From a virus (Duplodnaviria > Heunggongvirae > Uroviricota > Caudoviricetes), in the IMG/VR virus record IMGVR_UViG_3300042892_003674: a stretch of DNA of 64,000 nucleotides. One strand, 5' to 3'. Position numbers and translations under genes: made by a program. Below are positions 11,211 to 23,738 of the stretch, piece after piece (positions within the stretch are counted from its first letter, which is position 1; every line of letters begins with the position of its first letter). The notes under the pieces were generated by a model that was given only the letters and a program-made list of their open reading frames with translations, had not been told where the DNA came from and made no database searches.

Positions 11211-11293
11211 ACACGTTATATAATATGAGTATAACTTTGTTGATAAATATAACGTATAAAAAAAGTGATATAAAATCTTATATCACTTTGTTA

Positions 11294-11587
11294 TTATTTT
11301 GCATAGTTTGGTTTTCTACCCTCGCCTTTAGAACCAGTTTTCTCTACTTTTCTCTTTCTTGCAACAGATGCTTTTTTCTCTTTTGCAGACATCCTTGCCG
11401 CTACTCTTACCTTACGACACTTTGGATAACCACCCTTATCAGCATCATCACGACCACAAGGCGGGTGTGAACCATCTGCATTGGTTTTAGATATATCTAC
11501 CCATTTTTCTTTAAACCACTTGTCAAGACCACCTTTAGTTTTCTTTTCCTCTAAAATAAATTGTTCAAATAATAATATATGTTCCAT
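11294..11587 (-). CDS. basic phage protein with leader-like N-terminus
   Basis: MEHILLFEQFILEE, then GGLDKWFKEKWVDI..PCGR..YPKCR. Confidence 0.7.
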   Translation of the reverse strand: MEHILLFEQFILEEKKTKGGLDKWFKEKWVDISKTNADGSHPPCGRDDADKGGYPKCRKVRVAARMSAKEKKASVARKRKVEKTGSKGEGRKPNYAK

Positions 11588-11796
11588 TATTTCTTTTTAG
11601 ATTTTTCTTTTTTCCACTTACCACCCTCAGCTTTATATTTCTTTGCGGCAAATCCACAAGCATATGCAGATGGCCAAACATCATATTTTGACTTAGCGGC
11701 TGCCTTACATCTTGACCAAAGTTCAGGATTAGTTGGTATATTTTTCTCTACAATAAGAACTTCTTTGAAGTCTTCAAAGATTAGTAAGTTTTTCAT
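11587..11796 (-). CDS. basic phage protein with leader-like N-terminus (start revised to 11796)
   Basis: MKNLLIFEDFKE..PTNPELWS..KYDVWPSAYA..YKAEGGKWK; TAATATATAC motif upstream. Confidence 0.7.
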   Translation of the reverse strand: MKNLLIFEDFKEVLIVEKNIPTNPELWSRCKAAAKSKYDVWPSAYACGFAAKKYKAEGGKWKKEKSKKK

Positions 11797-11893
11797 AGTA
11801 TATATTATTTTTATAATGTATATATTAAAAAAATTATCATCTTTTATACTAAACAAAAATAATATATAAATAATATAAAAAAAATATATTTTC

Positions 11894-12541
11894 ATGGAAA
11901 AAAAGTCATTAGAAGAAATATGGAATCAAATGGAACAAAAAAGACTATTTGAGAAACAAACTGTAGAACAAAAAGAAACTGAATTATACGAACAAAGAGA
12001 AACTGCACGTAAAGAATATCTGAAGGTAATGAGAATGTATGAAGTAATCTCTACTACAAATACACCTTCTGTAGCAGCGGCAGCAGGTGCCGGTGGAACA
12101 AAAAAGAACTACTTTATAACTACTACTGATACAGTTTGGTTATATCCAATTGCAGATACTGAATATGCGTTAGCAGGAACAACATACTCTTATACAAGAA
12201 ATGGAAATACTCTTACATTCGCAGACCAAAATACACTAATTGCAGTTTATTTAGAAATATTTGCAAGAACCGCAGTAACACGTCCTGGTAGTAATCCAGG
12301 ATATACTTTAGGTGTAGGAACTATATTAAAAGATTTAAAACAAGAATTAAATTTTAAAATAAATGACCAATTAATGGTAACTTGGAGATTAGTAGAACAA
12401 ATTACTAATCAGAGTGATTTACCAGTTGGTGGTAATTCAGCTGATGGTACAATTGGATATACTACTCTAATTGAAAACTGGCCAGATCCTCTTCCAGATA
12501 GTGGTTTAGATTTAGCACTTCTAATTGATTACAATTATTAA
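11894..12541 (+). CDS. hypothetical, possibly virion-associated protein
   Basis: Charged helical N-terminus, AAAAGAGG linker, beta-rich C-terminus. Confidence 0.6.
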   Translation: MEKKSLEEIWNQMEQKRLFEKQTVEQKETELYEQRETARKEYLKVMRMYEVISTTNTPSVAAAAGAGGTKKNYFITTTDTVWLYPIADTEYALAGTTYSYTRNGNTLTFADQNTLIAVYLEIFARTAVTRPGSNPGYTLGVGTILKDLKQELNFKINDQLMVTWRLVEQITNQSDLPVGGNSADGTIGYTTLIENWPDPLPDSGLDLALLIDYNY

Positions 12542-12549
12542 ATATAAAT

Positions 12550-13044
12550 ATGAAACACTTAAAAAGATTCAACGAGAGTGTAACACAAGAAGAACTACAA
12601 GACTTCTGTGAATCATCATTAGCTTATCTGATAGATGAAGGGTTTACCATTAGAATCTATGGTCCTGATGATCCACGTAGACCTTTACCTAAAAGACAAT
12701 TCAATATATGGCTACACAAAGATAATGCAAAAGAGTTTTTTAAATGGGATGATGTAAAAGATTATTATATTCCTTTCTTACAACTATTATCTAACAGATA
12801 TGAAATATATCATTTCGATAGTAATCAACCAGAAATTAGATTTAGATACCGTAAAAAGAGTGATTACTCATTTGTCAATATAAATAAAGATTTCAGTTAT
12901 GGTAGAGTTATCAATGATGATGTATTTGATTCAGAAGGTTATTGGAAAGATAGTATATTCTATAAGTGGATACCAGACCCAGATATATTATCTATAGGAG
13001 TTATCATAAAAGAAAGAACTAATCAAGTAAAATTAGATATATAA
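12550..13044 (+). CDS. family A protein
   Basis: MKHLKRFNES..ELQDFCESSLAYLIDEG..WDDVKDYYIPFL. Confidence 0.85.
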   Translation: MKHLKRFNESVTQEELQDFCESSLAYLIDEGFTIRIYGPDDPRRPLPKRQFNIWLHKDNAKEFFKWDDVKDYYIPFLQLLSNRYEIYHFDSNQPEIRFRYRKKSDYSFVNINKDFSYGRVINDDVFDSEGYWKDSIFYKWIPDPDILSIGVIIKERTNQVKLDI

Positions 13045-13045
13045 A

Positions 13046-13630
13046 TTATACGTTTATCTTTATAATTATTTCTACTATATTACTATATGAATCAATAGCA
13101 TCATTTATAAGAAGATTTATTTCAAACTTCTCATTATTAGTCGCGTACCTCCAGTTAGTACCTAAAGCAAATTCAATATCGGATAACGGTTTGAAATCCC
13201 TTTTCAACATAATCAAAAATGGTATAAACCTATCCTTAACCTGATCCCAAGAAAATTCTTCTCGATTTCTCTCTAAAATAAAGATAACATCACCTTGATT
13301 ATATAAATCACTGTTTAGATCCTCATTTATATCAATAAAATATTTAAACCCATCATCCTGTAAGTAAACTAAATGTTGTTCACATAATTCATCAACACCT
13401 TCAATAACATTACCAACCTTTTGAATCAAACCACTCATCACAGATTCAACAGACTCATTCTTATAAGAACCACCTTTTCGTTTTCTCTTACAATATTGCT
13501 TCTGAGAAAATCCCTTTGGATTAGAACAATTTATTGTTTTCTTATACTTAACAGACCAACGTTTCTTACCACCCGCCCTTGGTTTATTATAAGCTTCATT
13601 AAATGAATCGAAATTTAAAATGTTTTCCAT
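13046..13630 (-). CDS. family A domain fused to a basic KRWSxKYK..CxNPKGFSQ module (start revised to 13630)
   Basis: MENILNFDSFNE; ELCEQHLVYLQDDG..WDQVKDRFIPFL. Confidence 0.75.
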   Translation of the reverse strand: MENILNFDSFNEAYNKPRAGGKKRWSVKYKKTINCSNPKGFSQKQYCKRKRKGGSYKNESVESVMSGLIQKVGNVIEGVDELCEQHLVYLQDDGFKYFIDINEDLNSDLYNQGDVIFILERNREEFSWDQVKDRFIPFLIMLKRDFKPLSDIEFALGTNWRYATNNEKFEINLLINDAIDSYSNIVEIIIKINV

Positions 13631-13699
13631 ATAAATATATATTATTTTTATTTTACACTTTTTTATCCTATCTTTGTGAAACAAATAAAAATATAAAAA

Positions 13700-14044
13700 A
13701 TGAGTGGAGGAGCATTCGATTATCAACAATATAATATTGGCCGTATCGCAGATGACATAGAACAAGTTATCTTAAAAAATGGTGTAAAGAAAACACCCGA
13801 ACAAATTAAAGAAGAAAGCTGGAGAGACGATTCTTGGTATGAAAAATATCCGGAAGACTTATGTCATTACAAATATCCAGATGAAGTTATCAACAAGATG
13901 AAAATGGCAGTTAAATCTCTTAGAATCGCACAAGAGTATGCACAACGTGTTGATTGGTTATTATCAGGTGATGATGGTGAAGAAACATTCCTAAGTAGAT
14001 TAGAAGAAAACTTAAATAAAATAAATGAAATCACACAATCATAA
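13700..14044 (+). CDS. conserved phage hypothetical protein
   Basis: MSGGAFDY...RVDWLLSGDDGEE; TAnnTTTG at 13669. Confidence 0.75.
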   Translation: MSGGAFDYQQYNIGRIADDIEQVILKNGVKKTPEQIKEESWRDDSWYEKYPEDLCHYKYPDEVINKMKMAVKSLRIAQEYAQRVDWLLSGDDGEETFLSRLEENLNKINEITQS

Positions 14045-14194
14045 ATGCACAATGAAGTGTCCTAAATGTAATTATACATCTAGGGTTCCACTCACAAACT
14101 TTTATCTAAACAATAAGAATTCAGTTCATAGCAAGTTATGTCCAGTTCATAGGTTAGAACTAGTAAGATTTTATATACCTTTAAAAAAATAAAT

Positions 14195-15278
14195 ATGTGT
14201 CTTAAACCATGCCGTGAATGTCCATGGGTTGTTAGAAATCAATTCAATGATATGATTATAAAACACTCAAAACAATATGACAAACCACACAATTGTCATA
14301 TGATACCAACCGAGAAAAGAGGTGATCTGTGGGATACAAAAGAAAAAACAAAATGTGTGGGTAGAAAACAATATGAACATGATAGTAATTAGAGATAAAT
14401 CAATAAAAACCTTAACAAAATGCGAACCTTTCATCGATGTAATCACCGATGAAACGGCTATCGCCTTTGAAAAACATGAAGAAGATTATCCGAAATCTTC
14501 TGACCAAATAAAAAATGGCTTAACCAAACAAGATAACCAATACTACTACTTTGAACACGACATCGTAAATACTCCTAAAACCTATTCATCTAGATACTAT
14601 GATAGTTGCTTTGCGTATAATGTTTATCCTATCACCGATAATATAGCAAATCGTATTATTAAAAAAGAATATGTATCTAAATGGGAAATACTGTTCGATT
14701 CTTTTCTTAACTATAAAAAGATTTATAGTATGATAAAAGATTATAGTCTTAGTTTATCATATATCACTTCTTATATGTTAGATGATAAACTAGTAATTCC
14801 TTATGGTATATCACCAAGTGATATGGGTGATGAGGAAATAACAATAGAAGCTTACCTTACTAAAAATAATAAAAAATACGCTTCGTTTAATAAACAATTA
14901 GATATAAATCTAACCGTTCTAAGAGAAATGAAACTTAACGAATTAAATATAGATTAAATGAAAGAATACATACTATGTGCTGCTATCTGGTACAAAGAAA
15001 TACCACTAAAGAAAGAAATACCTCAAGTTCTACCAAAAAACTGTGATAAAGGCTTAGTTGTTCTAGGACATCGTCATGGTCAATGTATGTGGACTATGAG
15101 TTGTTTAACCGGATTAAGAAGTGTTACAAACGCTTTGGATGGTGTTGGTGAATATGAACAAGGGTTCTTAACCAATACTAATAGATTTGTTGATAGAAAA
15201 GAAGGTGGTCAGATAGCATTTAATGCAGGTCAGACTCAAGAGTTAAAAACGACTTTATACTCGGAAGATTTATACTAA
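14195..15278 (+). other. three hypothetical ORFs (14195..14392 Cys-rich, ~14376..14957 family B tag, 14958..15278)
   Basis: PCRECPW; LREMKLNEL; ILCAAIWY..QGFLTNTNRFVDR. Confidence 0.65.
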
Positions 15279-15299
15279 AAAATTATAAAATAATATAAT

Positions 15300-15671
15300 A
15301 TGAACATAGCAATCATTGCACACGACAACAAGAAAGCAGACATGGTCGCTTTCGTTATGAAACGATTAAAATACTTTAAAAGTAAAGACGTTAAATTATA
15401 TGCTACTGGCACAACCGGTTCTCATATTAAACACGCCGGAGGATTAGAAGTAGAATGTTTAAAATCTGGACCTTTAGGTGGTGATGCACAAATCGCTGCA
15501 CTTTTAGTAGAAGGTAAAATCGATATGATTCTATTCTTTATCGACCCTATGTTTTCACACCCTCACTCAGTAGATATACATATGCTTATGAGATTGTGTA
15601 ATGTATATGATATACCACTAGCAACAAACTATGCAACTGCGTCTAGACTAATTGAAAGAGAAACACTATAA
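15300..15671 (+). CDS. mgsA: methylglyoxal synthase
   Basis: IAIIAHDNKK, YATGTTG, SGPLGGDAQI, FFIDP..HPH.VDI..LMRLCNVYDIPLATN. Confidence 0.95.
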   Translation: MNIAIIAHDNKKADMVAFVMKRLKYFKSKDVKLYATGTTGSHIKHAGGLEVECLKSGPLGGDAQIAALLVEGKIDMILFFIDPMFSHPHSVDIHMLMRLCNVYDIPLATNYATASRLIERETL

Positions 15672-15676
15672 TAAAC

Positions 15677-16510
15677 ATGACGACAGAAGAAAGAATAAAA
15701 CAAGAGTTTGAATCACTTAAAGGTCAGTTCGTAATCACACAAAGTCATAAAATCGAAAGATTAATAGCGATAGGTGAAGACGAACACGACTTGTATTGGG
15801 TAACGTATGATGGTAGAAAACTAACATGGAATACCTGTGTAGGTCGTTTAATGCCACTGAAAGGTTATCTACGTGATAAAGATTATAATGAGTTAGTTCG
15901 TTCAGCTACATTAAACCATTTTGACCAAGAAACTTGTTGGGGTAAACAAGGTGATAACTCACATATTCATAAGAATGAACTTTTAAAAGTAAGTGGAACA
16001 GATAAATTTCTAGCTGACTTATGTTGGGACTTAAATTAAAATTCGTATCTTTATACCTATGGAAAATAAACACATTATAAATAACTATATCTATATCACT
16101 AACGATGAAGATATAAAGGTGGGAGATTGGGTTCTCGATGAAGATGGTATACTTAAATGTACTGCTCATGCAGGTTCGATGAATCACTACTTTAGTAAAA
16201 TCATAGCAACAAATGACCCAAAACTTATCTTAGATGGAATTAAATCTATATGAAATTCAAAGTAGGAGACATAGTTTATAAAAGCTATACAGGTGAAGGT
16301 GATTATTTAAAATCAATAGACTCTTATGTACCAATGACTATTGAAGCAATTGATAGTGATTGGAGAGGTGGACACCAATTCTATAACTGTGCTTGGTTTG
16401 AAGATAATGAATTAAAAAGAGCCAGTTTTATTGAATGGTATCTGGAAGACCAAGAAACAAATTTTAAACGAATAAATAGAGAACAAAAATTAAAACAACT
16501 AGGAATATAA
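15677..16510 (+). other. three small ORFs; 16250..16510 is YodC/DUF2158-like with family B tag
   Basis: FKVGDIV..PMTI..CAWF..NREQKLKQLGI. Confidence 0.6.
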
Positions 16511-16527
16511 ACAAATAAAATAAACAT

Positions 16528-17216
16528 ATGAAAAAACTAATCTTATTACTACTTGCTATCACAGCAACATCTTGTGATCTATTCGCACCAGATAAACCAA
16601 CTGAACCTATACAAGTAACCACAAAAAACCATAGTGCTAAAAGTATTGAATACATCATTGGTGAATTACACACCACTGGTCGTAGCGTTGGTTTATATAA
16701 AGTAACCTTACAAGACGGTAAGGAAATACTTCTATATAATGATTCCAGAGGTATAGCAATGATTCAACTTAAATAAAAAATATAAATATGAAAAAACTAA
16801 TCCTATTACTAGTAACAATTTTACTTTTAACTTCATGTCAATTTACACCTTATACAGATAGACATACAAAAAAAATTCCTTTACGCCAACTTGTCAAAAG
16901 TGAGACAAAGGAAAGCTATTCATCCGCATCATTCTTTTTGATTGCAGGATCCGCTAGTTCTGGTACTTATACCAATACTGATGTAAAAGCTATGGGAGCC
17001 GTTGATGGAGAATATAGATATTTACAGATGGACTTTCAGAAGGTACGTATCAAACTTGATAATACCATTAAGATACCTTATGTGATTATCAATTATAATA
17101 ATGATCATGAAAATGATATAAACTACTTATTAGAGTATGAATATAATATAGATAGTTATACAATCGTTTGTCCTGAAAACTACTTACCAGAACACTTATT
17201 ACCAATTCAATTATAA
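16528..17216 (+). other. two tandem lipoproteins (16528..16776, 16788..17216)
   Basis: Both begin MKKLILLL and carry a TSC lipobox. Confidence 0.7.
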
Positions 17217-17226
17217 TTAAAACAAT

Positions 17227-17725
17227 ATGAAGTACAAAATTTATTTAAACCAGTATGTAACCGCACAGGTTAGAGTTGAGTTTGAAATCGAATCAGACCT
17301 AGCATTAGAAGACCTACAAGAAGAAATCTATGAAGCAACAGAAGATTGGTCTAGATTGGCTAGATTTAGCCCAGAATTAGAAGAATTCCCAGGAACTTAT
17401 GTCAAAGATTCATATAAGTATGACTTAGACTATCAAGGTGATGATGGTGATGAAATCGATGTTTATGTAGAAGAAGTAGAACAAACAGAAGAAAACTAAT
17501 ATGAGAAAATTTTACTATGTAGTCGACATCGCGGTAGAAGATTACGGTGATGATGTTTTAGAATGTACCGGTAGCAAACTTGTTACCATATACGAAATCA
17601 TTGATAATGAACCAAAACAACTTGAACTATTAGGGCTATCATTAGAAGATGATTCCCAGCAAGAAGCTCAAGATTATTTAGATACAACCTTTGAAGATGA
17701 AGTCTTCGAACTAAGACGTTTGTAA
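17227..17725 (+). other. two very acidic small proteins
   Basis: D/E-rich 90-aa and 74-aa ORFs. Confidence 0.65.
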
Positions 17726-20700
17726 TGAAATATGTTAAGTCTATCAATCCTTTGGGAGTCAATCTAACGTATCAAAAAGTATATGAAGTAATACGTTTCT
17801 TTACATCAGATTGGAGTAAGCTAACATACCACGTAATAATAAATGACTTAGGTGATGAAACTACATATGATGATTTATGGTTTGAAGATGTGACAGCAGA
17901 GGTAAGAGAAAGTAAAATAAATCAGATTTTAGATGAAAGTAGTGTGTGTTAAAGAATGTTCGTATTCATTCAACCATTTAGATTATTATTTCAATATAGG
18001 TGACCAATTTGAATTGTCAAAAATTCAACCTGGTATTACTTTTTTTGATACACAAAAAATATGGAACTCACCTAAAAATAAAATAAGTATCGTAATAAAT
18101 TTCATTGATGGTAAAGATTATACCGTTACTGTATTACAAGAAGATTTTATATCTTTACCAGAATGGAGAAATAAACAATTAAATTTGATACTAGATGAAA
18201 ATAATATGTATAAATAATTCAGAAATAATAAACGGTCCTATTGAATTATTAACCATAAATAAAATCTATGAAGCTATAAAAGTTAGCCAAGACCAATATT
18301 ATATCAAAGACAACTCTGGTGAAGAAAGATGGTATAATTATAATAGATTCAAAGATATGGCTATTGTCAGACAAGAAAAATTAAAACAAATAGGAATATG
18401 ATTAAGTGGATAAAAAGTAAATTCGGAAAAACTGAAAAACAAAAGTTTGATAGTTTTTTAAAAGATTTAGTCAAAGAAAGAAAAGAAGCTCTTAATCCTC
18501 ATCAACGAGGTACTCGTGATACAGGACCAAGATGAATAGTAACATGGACCGATTTAAGATGGATAGATTTAATATAGGAGATAACGTAGTAATAACCAAA
18601 AGGATATGTAACATCAAAGATGTAAAAGGTGTTGTATGTCATATTGGGAAAAGCTTCTATGGGGTTAAACACGGTCGTCCTAACTCTTCTGGTACATGTA
18701 ACATCTTTATAAACCACTCAGACGAGACTATAGAATTAGATATACAACAGCAAAGACATGATAAAATAAATAAGATATTAAATGACTGAGAAAGAAAAAG
18801 ATGATTATATCATAATGATAAATCAATCAGTTGATACTGGTCGTGAAGCACTTTGTATAGATAATAAAGACGTAGAAACTTGGCTAACAAAAGGAAAAAG
18901 ATATAAAGTTTACTCTCACCATATGAACCCTTCTATTCGAGTTATAACCGATCAAGGAACTAACAACTCGTTCTCTAGTGAAAGATTTCAAAGCTTACAA
19001 GATACGAGAGAAGAAAAATTAAAACAATTAGGAATATGAAACTAATATGTATAAATAACTCTTCGTTAGAAGAAGGATATATAGCTCCTATAACACCAGG
19101 AAAGATTTATGAAACTGAACCTAATAATGACATCAATTTAAACTATTTAGTAATGAATGATGCTAGTTTTAAAAGCTGGGAACTAAAGGAAAACTTTATT
19201 ACCTTAAAAGAGTATAGACAACAAAAATTGAAAGAATTGGGTATATGAGATATAAAGATAAAGCCACAATAAAACAAGTAACTAATCATCAGAATAAACC
19301 TGAGACTGAGTACTATGGTCAAAATATGACTAATCGTCAAAGAGAAAGAATGAGAGAACGTTTTCTAAAAGAATTTAGAACAATGATACCAGATAAAATC
19401 TGGTGGGATAGTTTAAATGATAATGATAAAACAGAAGTCGCTCACGAATATAAAAAATTCAAAGATGGTTCAAATAACTTGAAAGAATTAGTTAAACAAT
19501 TTCCTGGTGATATTGTTTATATAAGAGATAAAAAAATTGATGTGTTAGGACTATGAAGAAAATGTTTAAATGTATTGATAAAGGTAGTTATCACCTAACT
19601 CCAGGTAAAAATTATCTTATCTCACTAAATATAGGTAAATCTAGTTTAGGTATGCATCACACTTTATATAATGACATAGGGAAACAACACCTTGTATTTG
19701 AAGATGAACTAAATAACCTATTCATTGATATAGAAAAGATACGAGAAGAAAAATTAAATGAATTAGGTATATGAAAATAATATGTATTAAAAATACTAAA
19801 AGTGTTTCCACCAATGGACATCCAGGTTATGTAGACCAAAAGTATTTTAAAGTAGGTGAAAAATATGATGCTCAAGATGATTATCCAACTGGTAAACAAC
19901 ATTACTTTGTAATACATCATAATGGTTCTAATTATTCTGTATACCGAAGAGACTTCACTACAGTAGAGAACTGGAGAAATAAACAATTAAATGAACTTGG
20001 TATATGAAAGTTAAATGTATAAATACAAGTATGCTTATGGGTGGACCAACTAGACCACTAACCACTGGTAAAATATATGATGTTATCTCAACTAAAATGC
20101 CAGTTGAAATTGAAGGTGATGGATCAATCCTTATCAAAGGTGATGATGATGAAGAACGATGGTATAGTTTAGAAAGATTTGAAGATGTCACCGCAGAAGT
20201 AAGAGAACAAAAATTAAATGATTTAGGAATATGATACTACAAATACTTATCCCATCGATAATAATATCCACTTTAATTTTATTCACGACCTGTGAGATAG
20301 TAAATATAAGTGTGTTCAAACAGTACAATAAAGATAAATCTATATTAGACTTCTATCGTTTTGTTAGATTGTTTAAGGTGGATAGTATCGATTTATCATA
20401 TTCTTTAAGAGGTCCTGTTATTGATAGTTGTTACTACCATATCAAAATACTTGATGAAGATAAAGTTATTTTATTCAAGTGTAGTTTAACAAATAGAATA
20501 AATACCGTATATTTGATAGATTGTAAAGATGATAAACAAAAAGAAGTTAAGTATGAACTACCATTAGGTCGAGCTAGCTGGCTTCTATCATATAGAATGA
20601 ATAAGATCGAAAAATATATGGAACTATCAAAATTAGAACATATCAAAGCAGAAGAGTTAAATAAAGAAGTAAATAAACATCTTACTACCTATAATAGAGA

Positions 20701-22763
20701 AAGTAGATTGAAGAAACTAGGTATATGATACATTGTCACCACTGTTATACTACAACTGTAGATAAAGATTTCATTTGTGATACCTGTGAGGAGTTATACT
20801 GTGAAGAATGTTCTTATACGTTCTCATTACATTACCAATTCCAAGGAAGTAGATGTTATCTGTGTGCAGACCAAGCAAGAAGAAATAAACTAACTAAACA
20901 AATAATTAGACAGAATAAACTTAAATTATTATCTTTGTAATATGAAAGTCAAATGTATAAGAAACTCACCATTAGTATATGGTGGTGGAGTAACCGTAGA
21001 TAAAACCTATCAAGTATTAGATAGTGGTCATATAGGTGGTGAACCAGTATATTACTTAATGAAAGATAATAAACATAAAGACTGGGTATCACAAAATTAC
21101 TTTATTACAATTGAAGAACTAAGACATAATAAATTAAACGAACTGGGAATATAATATGGCCATAATAAATGCAAAAGAAGAGTTTGTTAGACACACTGTA
21201 CGTAAAGTCATAAAGTGTGCTTATATCCAATTCATAGATTATGAAGATGGTGAAAAGTTCTCATTGACAACCGGATTTACACAAGATGAATATAATCAGT
21301 TTCTATCTGATATAGATAAGACTTATAATAACGGTTATGGCGGACAAGAACTAGATGGTATGATTTGGTATGAAGATGGTACTTGGACAACCAGAGGTGA
21401 GTATGATGGTTCAGAGTGGTGGGAATACCACGAAGTTCCTGAGATACCAGATTTTCTGAATCGTATAGATAAAGTAAGAGATAAAAAGTTAAATGATATA
21501 CTAGAATGATTAGTTTAAAAGAAATAGTTTGGGTAAAACAAGCAGGTATATCTGATGATTATATTTACCATGATGGTATACTAAATGGACACCAAGTGAT
21601 TTCTATACATGAAAGTGTTGATTCGCTCTATGAAAAGAATGGTTATACTGTTTATGATCACATAGGTAAAACCGCAGCTTCGGATAGAACGGTTTACAAA
21701 ACATTAGATGATGCCAAAACCGTATCTAAAAAGAAAGTAGAAGATTTTGTATTTGGTTTAATTGATATGAGAGACTATAAAATAAGTACTCTGTTAGAGA
21801 GTTCAACTAAATTGATATGAAAAAAGGTGATTGGGTAGTATGTGTACATCATAGATTTGCTAACTTTACAAAAGGTAAGAAATACCAACTAATAAGCGAT
21901 TCATACGGTTCTACATTAGATATTCTAAATGATAAAGGTGAACGAGGTAGACCCTCATTAAATGGTTATGAAAGTGGTAAAGCAATTACCTACTTTATGA
22001 CTATACAAGATATAAGAGAAAAGAAATTAAATGAGATTCTATATGACAGCAGAAGATATGATAATAGGAAATGATGTTATATGTATTAATAATACCAATG
22101 CAGATGAAGTCATAAATGAAATAACTATCAATAATAAATATAAAATAGTTGAATTTGATAATCACATGAATTGGATAAGAGTATTAAATGATAAAGGTAA
22201 AGTAGAATGGTATACAATAAACAGATTCACTACAATTGATGAGTTAAGACATAATAAATTAAATGAATTAGGTATATGAAACTAAAATGTATTAAAAATT
22301 GGATAGACTATAAAGATGGAGACATTAGAGACGTATCAACTTATCTTACCATAGGTAAAATATATTATCTAGCTAATGAACCTGCCTGTTCTGAATGGGT
22401 TTATAATATCATAGATGATAGAGGCAAACCTCATGATATGGGTAAAGATTTGTTTATAGATGTCTTACCAATCGAAAGAGAAGAAAAATTAAATCAATTA
22501 GGAATATGACAGAACAAGAATTTATCGATTATATGGCACCATATGGTACACACGTACAATTTCAATGGGGTGATGATATTATACAAAAGAAGATACATTT
22601 GACACCAAATAACTCAAATTATAAAAACTTTCCACACATATCTAAAGGTAGAAAATATCATATGGAGTTTGAAATAAACGGCAAAAGATCATCAATAAAA
22701 GAATGTTCTGATTTGATAACGATATATAAAAGAGAAGAAAAATTAGAAAAATTGGGTATATGA
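17725..22763 (+). other. tandem array of about 19 family B small proteins
   Basis: Mostly MKxxCI..LTxGKxY..DDxG..F..R[DE]xKLxxLGI; many joined by GG(T/A)ATATGA stop/start overlaps. Confidence 0.85.
21787..21809 (-). mobile_element. TA-flanked double-hairpin micro-insertion (21-bp variant)
   Basis: TAGTTGAACTCTCTAACAGAGTA on -. Removal restores the tag RDYKISKLI. Confidence 0.55.
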
Positions 22764-22850
22764 CGGTAAATAACTGACATATAGTGTAATACTAAACTTT
22801 ACGTGAAAATTTGAATATAAATAATTAAAAACAATTAAAAAATAGAAATT

Positions 22851-23177
22851 ATGAGTGAGAAATTAAAAAGATTAAAAGAGAAAATGATGCCAATATTTAA
22901 AAATATTACTATCTATAGCATCATAATTTGTTCAGTAGTGGCTTCTTTCTTTGTTGGAGTATTCTATAATAGAATGACTAGTAAACCAACTACTAAAATT
23001 GAAGTGAAAACAATCAACAAATCAGAAGTGAATCTAGGAATTGATGAAAACAATCACCTAATTGTTATTGAAAAGAAAACCGGTAACTATACCATTTACC
23101 AAGATTCTATCGGTAAAACCATATTCAAACTTTATGCGAAAAATGTATGGGGTCAAAATAATACAAAAATAGAGTAA
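22851..23177 (+). CDS. single-pass membrane protein next to transglycosylase
   Basis: One hydrophobic helix IYSIIICSVVASFFVGVFY. Confidence 0.65.
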   Translation: MSEKLKRLKEKMMPIFKNITIYSIIICSVVASFFVGVFYNRMTSKPTTKIEVKTINKSEVNLGIDENNHLIVIEKKTGNYTIYQDSIGKTIFKLYAKNVWGQNNTKIE

Positions 23178-23182
23178 ACAAC

Positions 23183-23737
23183 ATGAATATAAAATCAATA
23201 TTACTATTTATGACACTTTGCTTATCTGCAGTAATCTTAACCAGTTCATTTAATATTATTACCAAAGTAGAAGTAAAGAAAGAACTTAATTTAGATAAGT
23301 TAGGTAACTCGGATCTAAACTATCCAACTCCATTGAAAATGTATGAACTAATAGATCACTACTCTGATGTATATGATATACCCAAACATATCGCATTTAA
23401 TGTGGCTTATCTAGAAACTAAATATAAAGGACCTTTCGATTGGAAGTATAAACCTAATCTATCATCATCTGCAGGTGCAGTAGGACCTATGCAAGTTATG
23501 CCAGCAACCGCGACATATATACAAAATAAGAAAATATCTAAAGACAACCTAAAGAATAATGTAGAACTAAACATACAAACAAGTATGAAACTACTACATA
23601 AACTACATAAACAATATTCAAACTGGAAACTAGTTTGTGGTGCTTATAATACAGGTCGTCCAATTGTAAACTCATATGCCACATTCTGTGTCAATAATAA
23701 AAACTATAGAAGTAACTGGACTAGAATAAGAACATAA
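23183..23737 (+). CDS. SLT-domain lytic transglycosylase with signal sequence
   Basis: AYLET, SSAGAVGPMQVMPATA, GAYNTG. Confidence 0.9.
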   Translation: MNIKSILLFMTLCLSAVILTSSFNIITKVEVKKELNLDKLGNSDLNYPTPLKMYELIDHYSDVYDIPKHIAFNVAYLETKYKGPFDWKYKPNLSSSAGAVGPMQVMPATATYIQNKKISKDNLKNNVELNIQTSMKLLHKLHKQYSNWKLVCGAYNTGRPIVNSYATFCVNNKNYRSNWTRIRT

Positions 23738-23738
23738 T

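Noticed and set aside
22851-23737. Complete lysis cassette
   Set aside because: The SLT and a single-TM neighbour are present, but holin or spanin identity cannot be supported from sequence.
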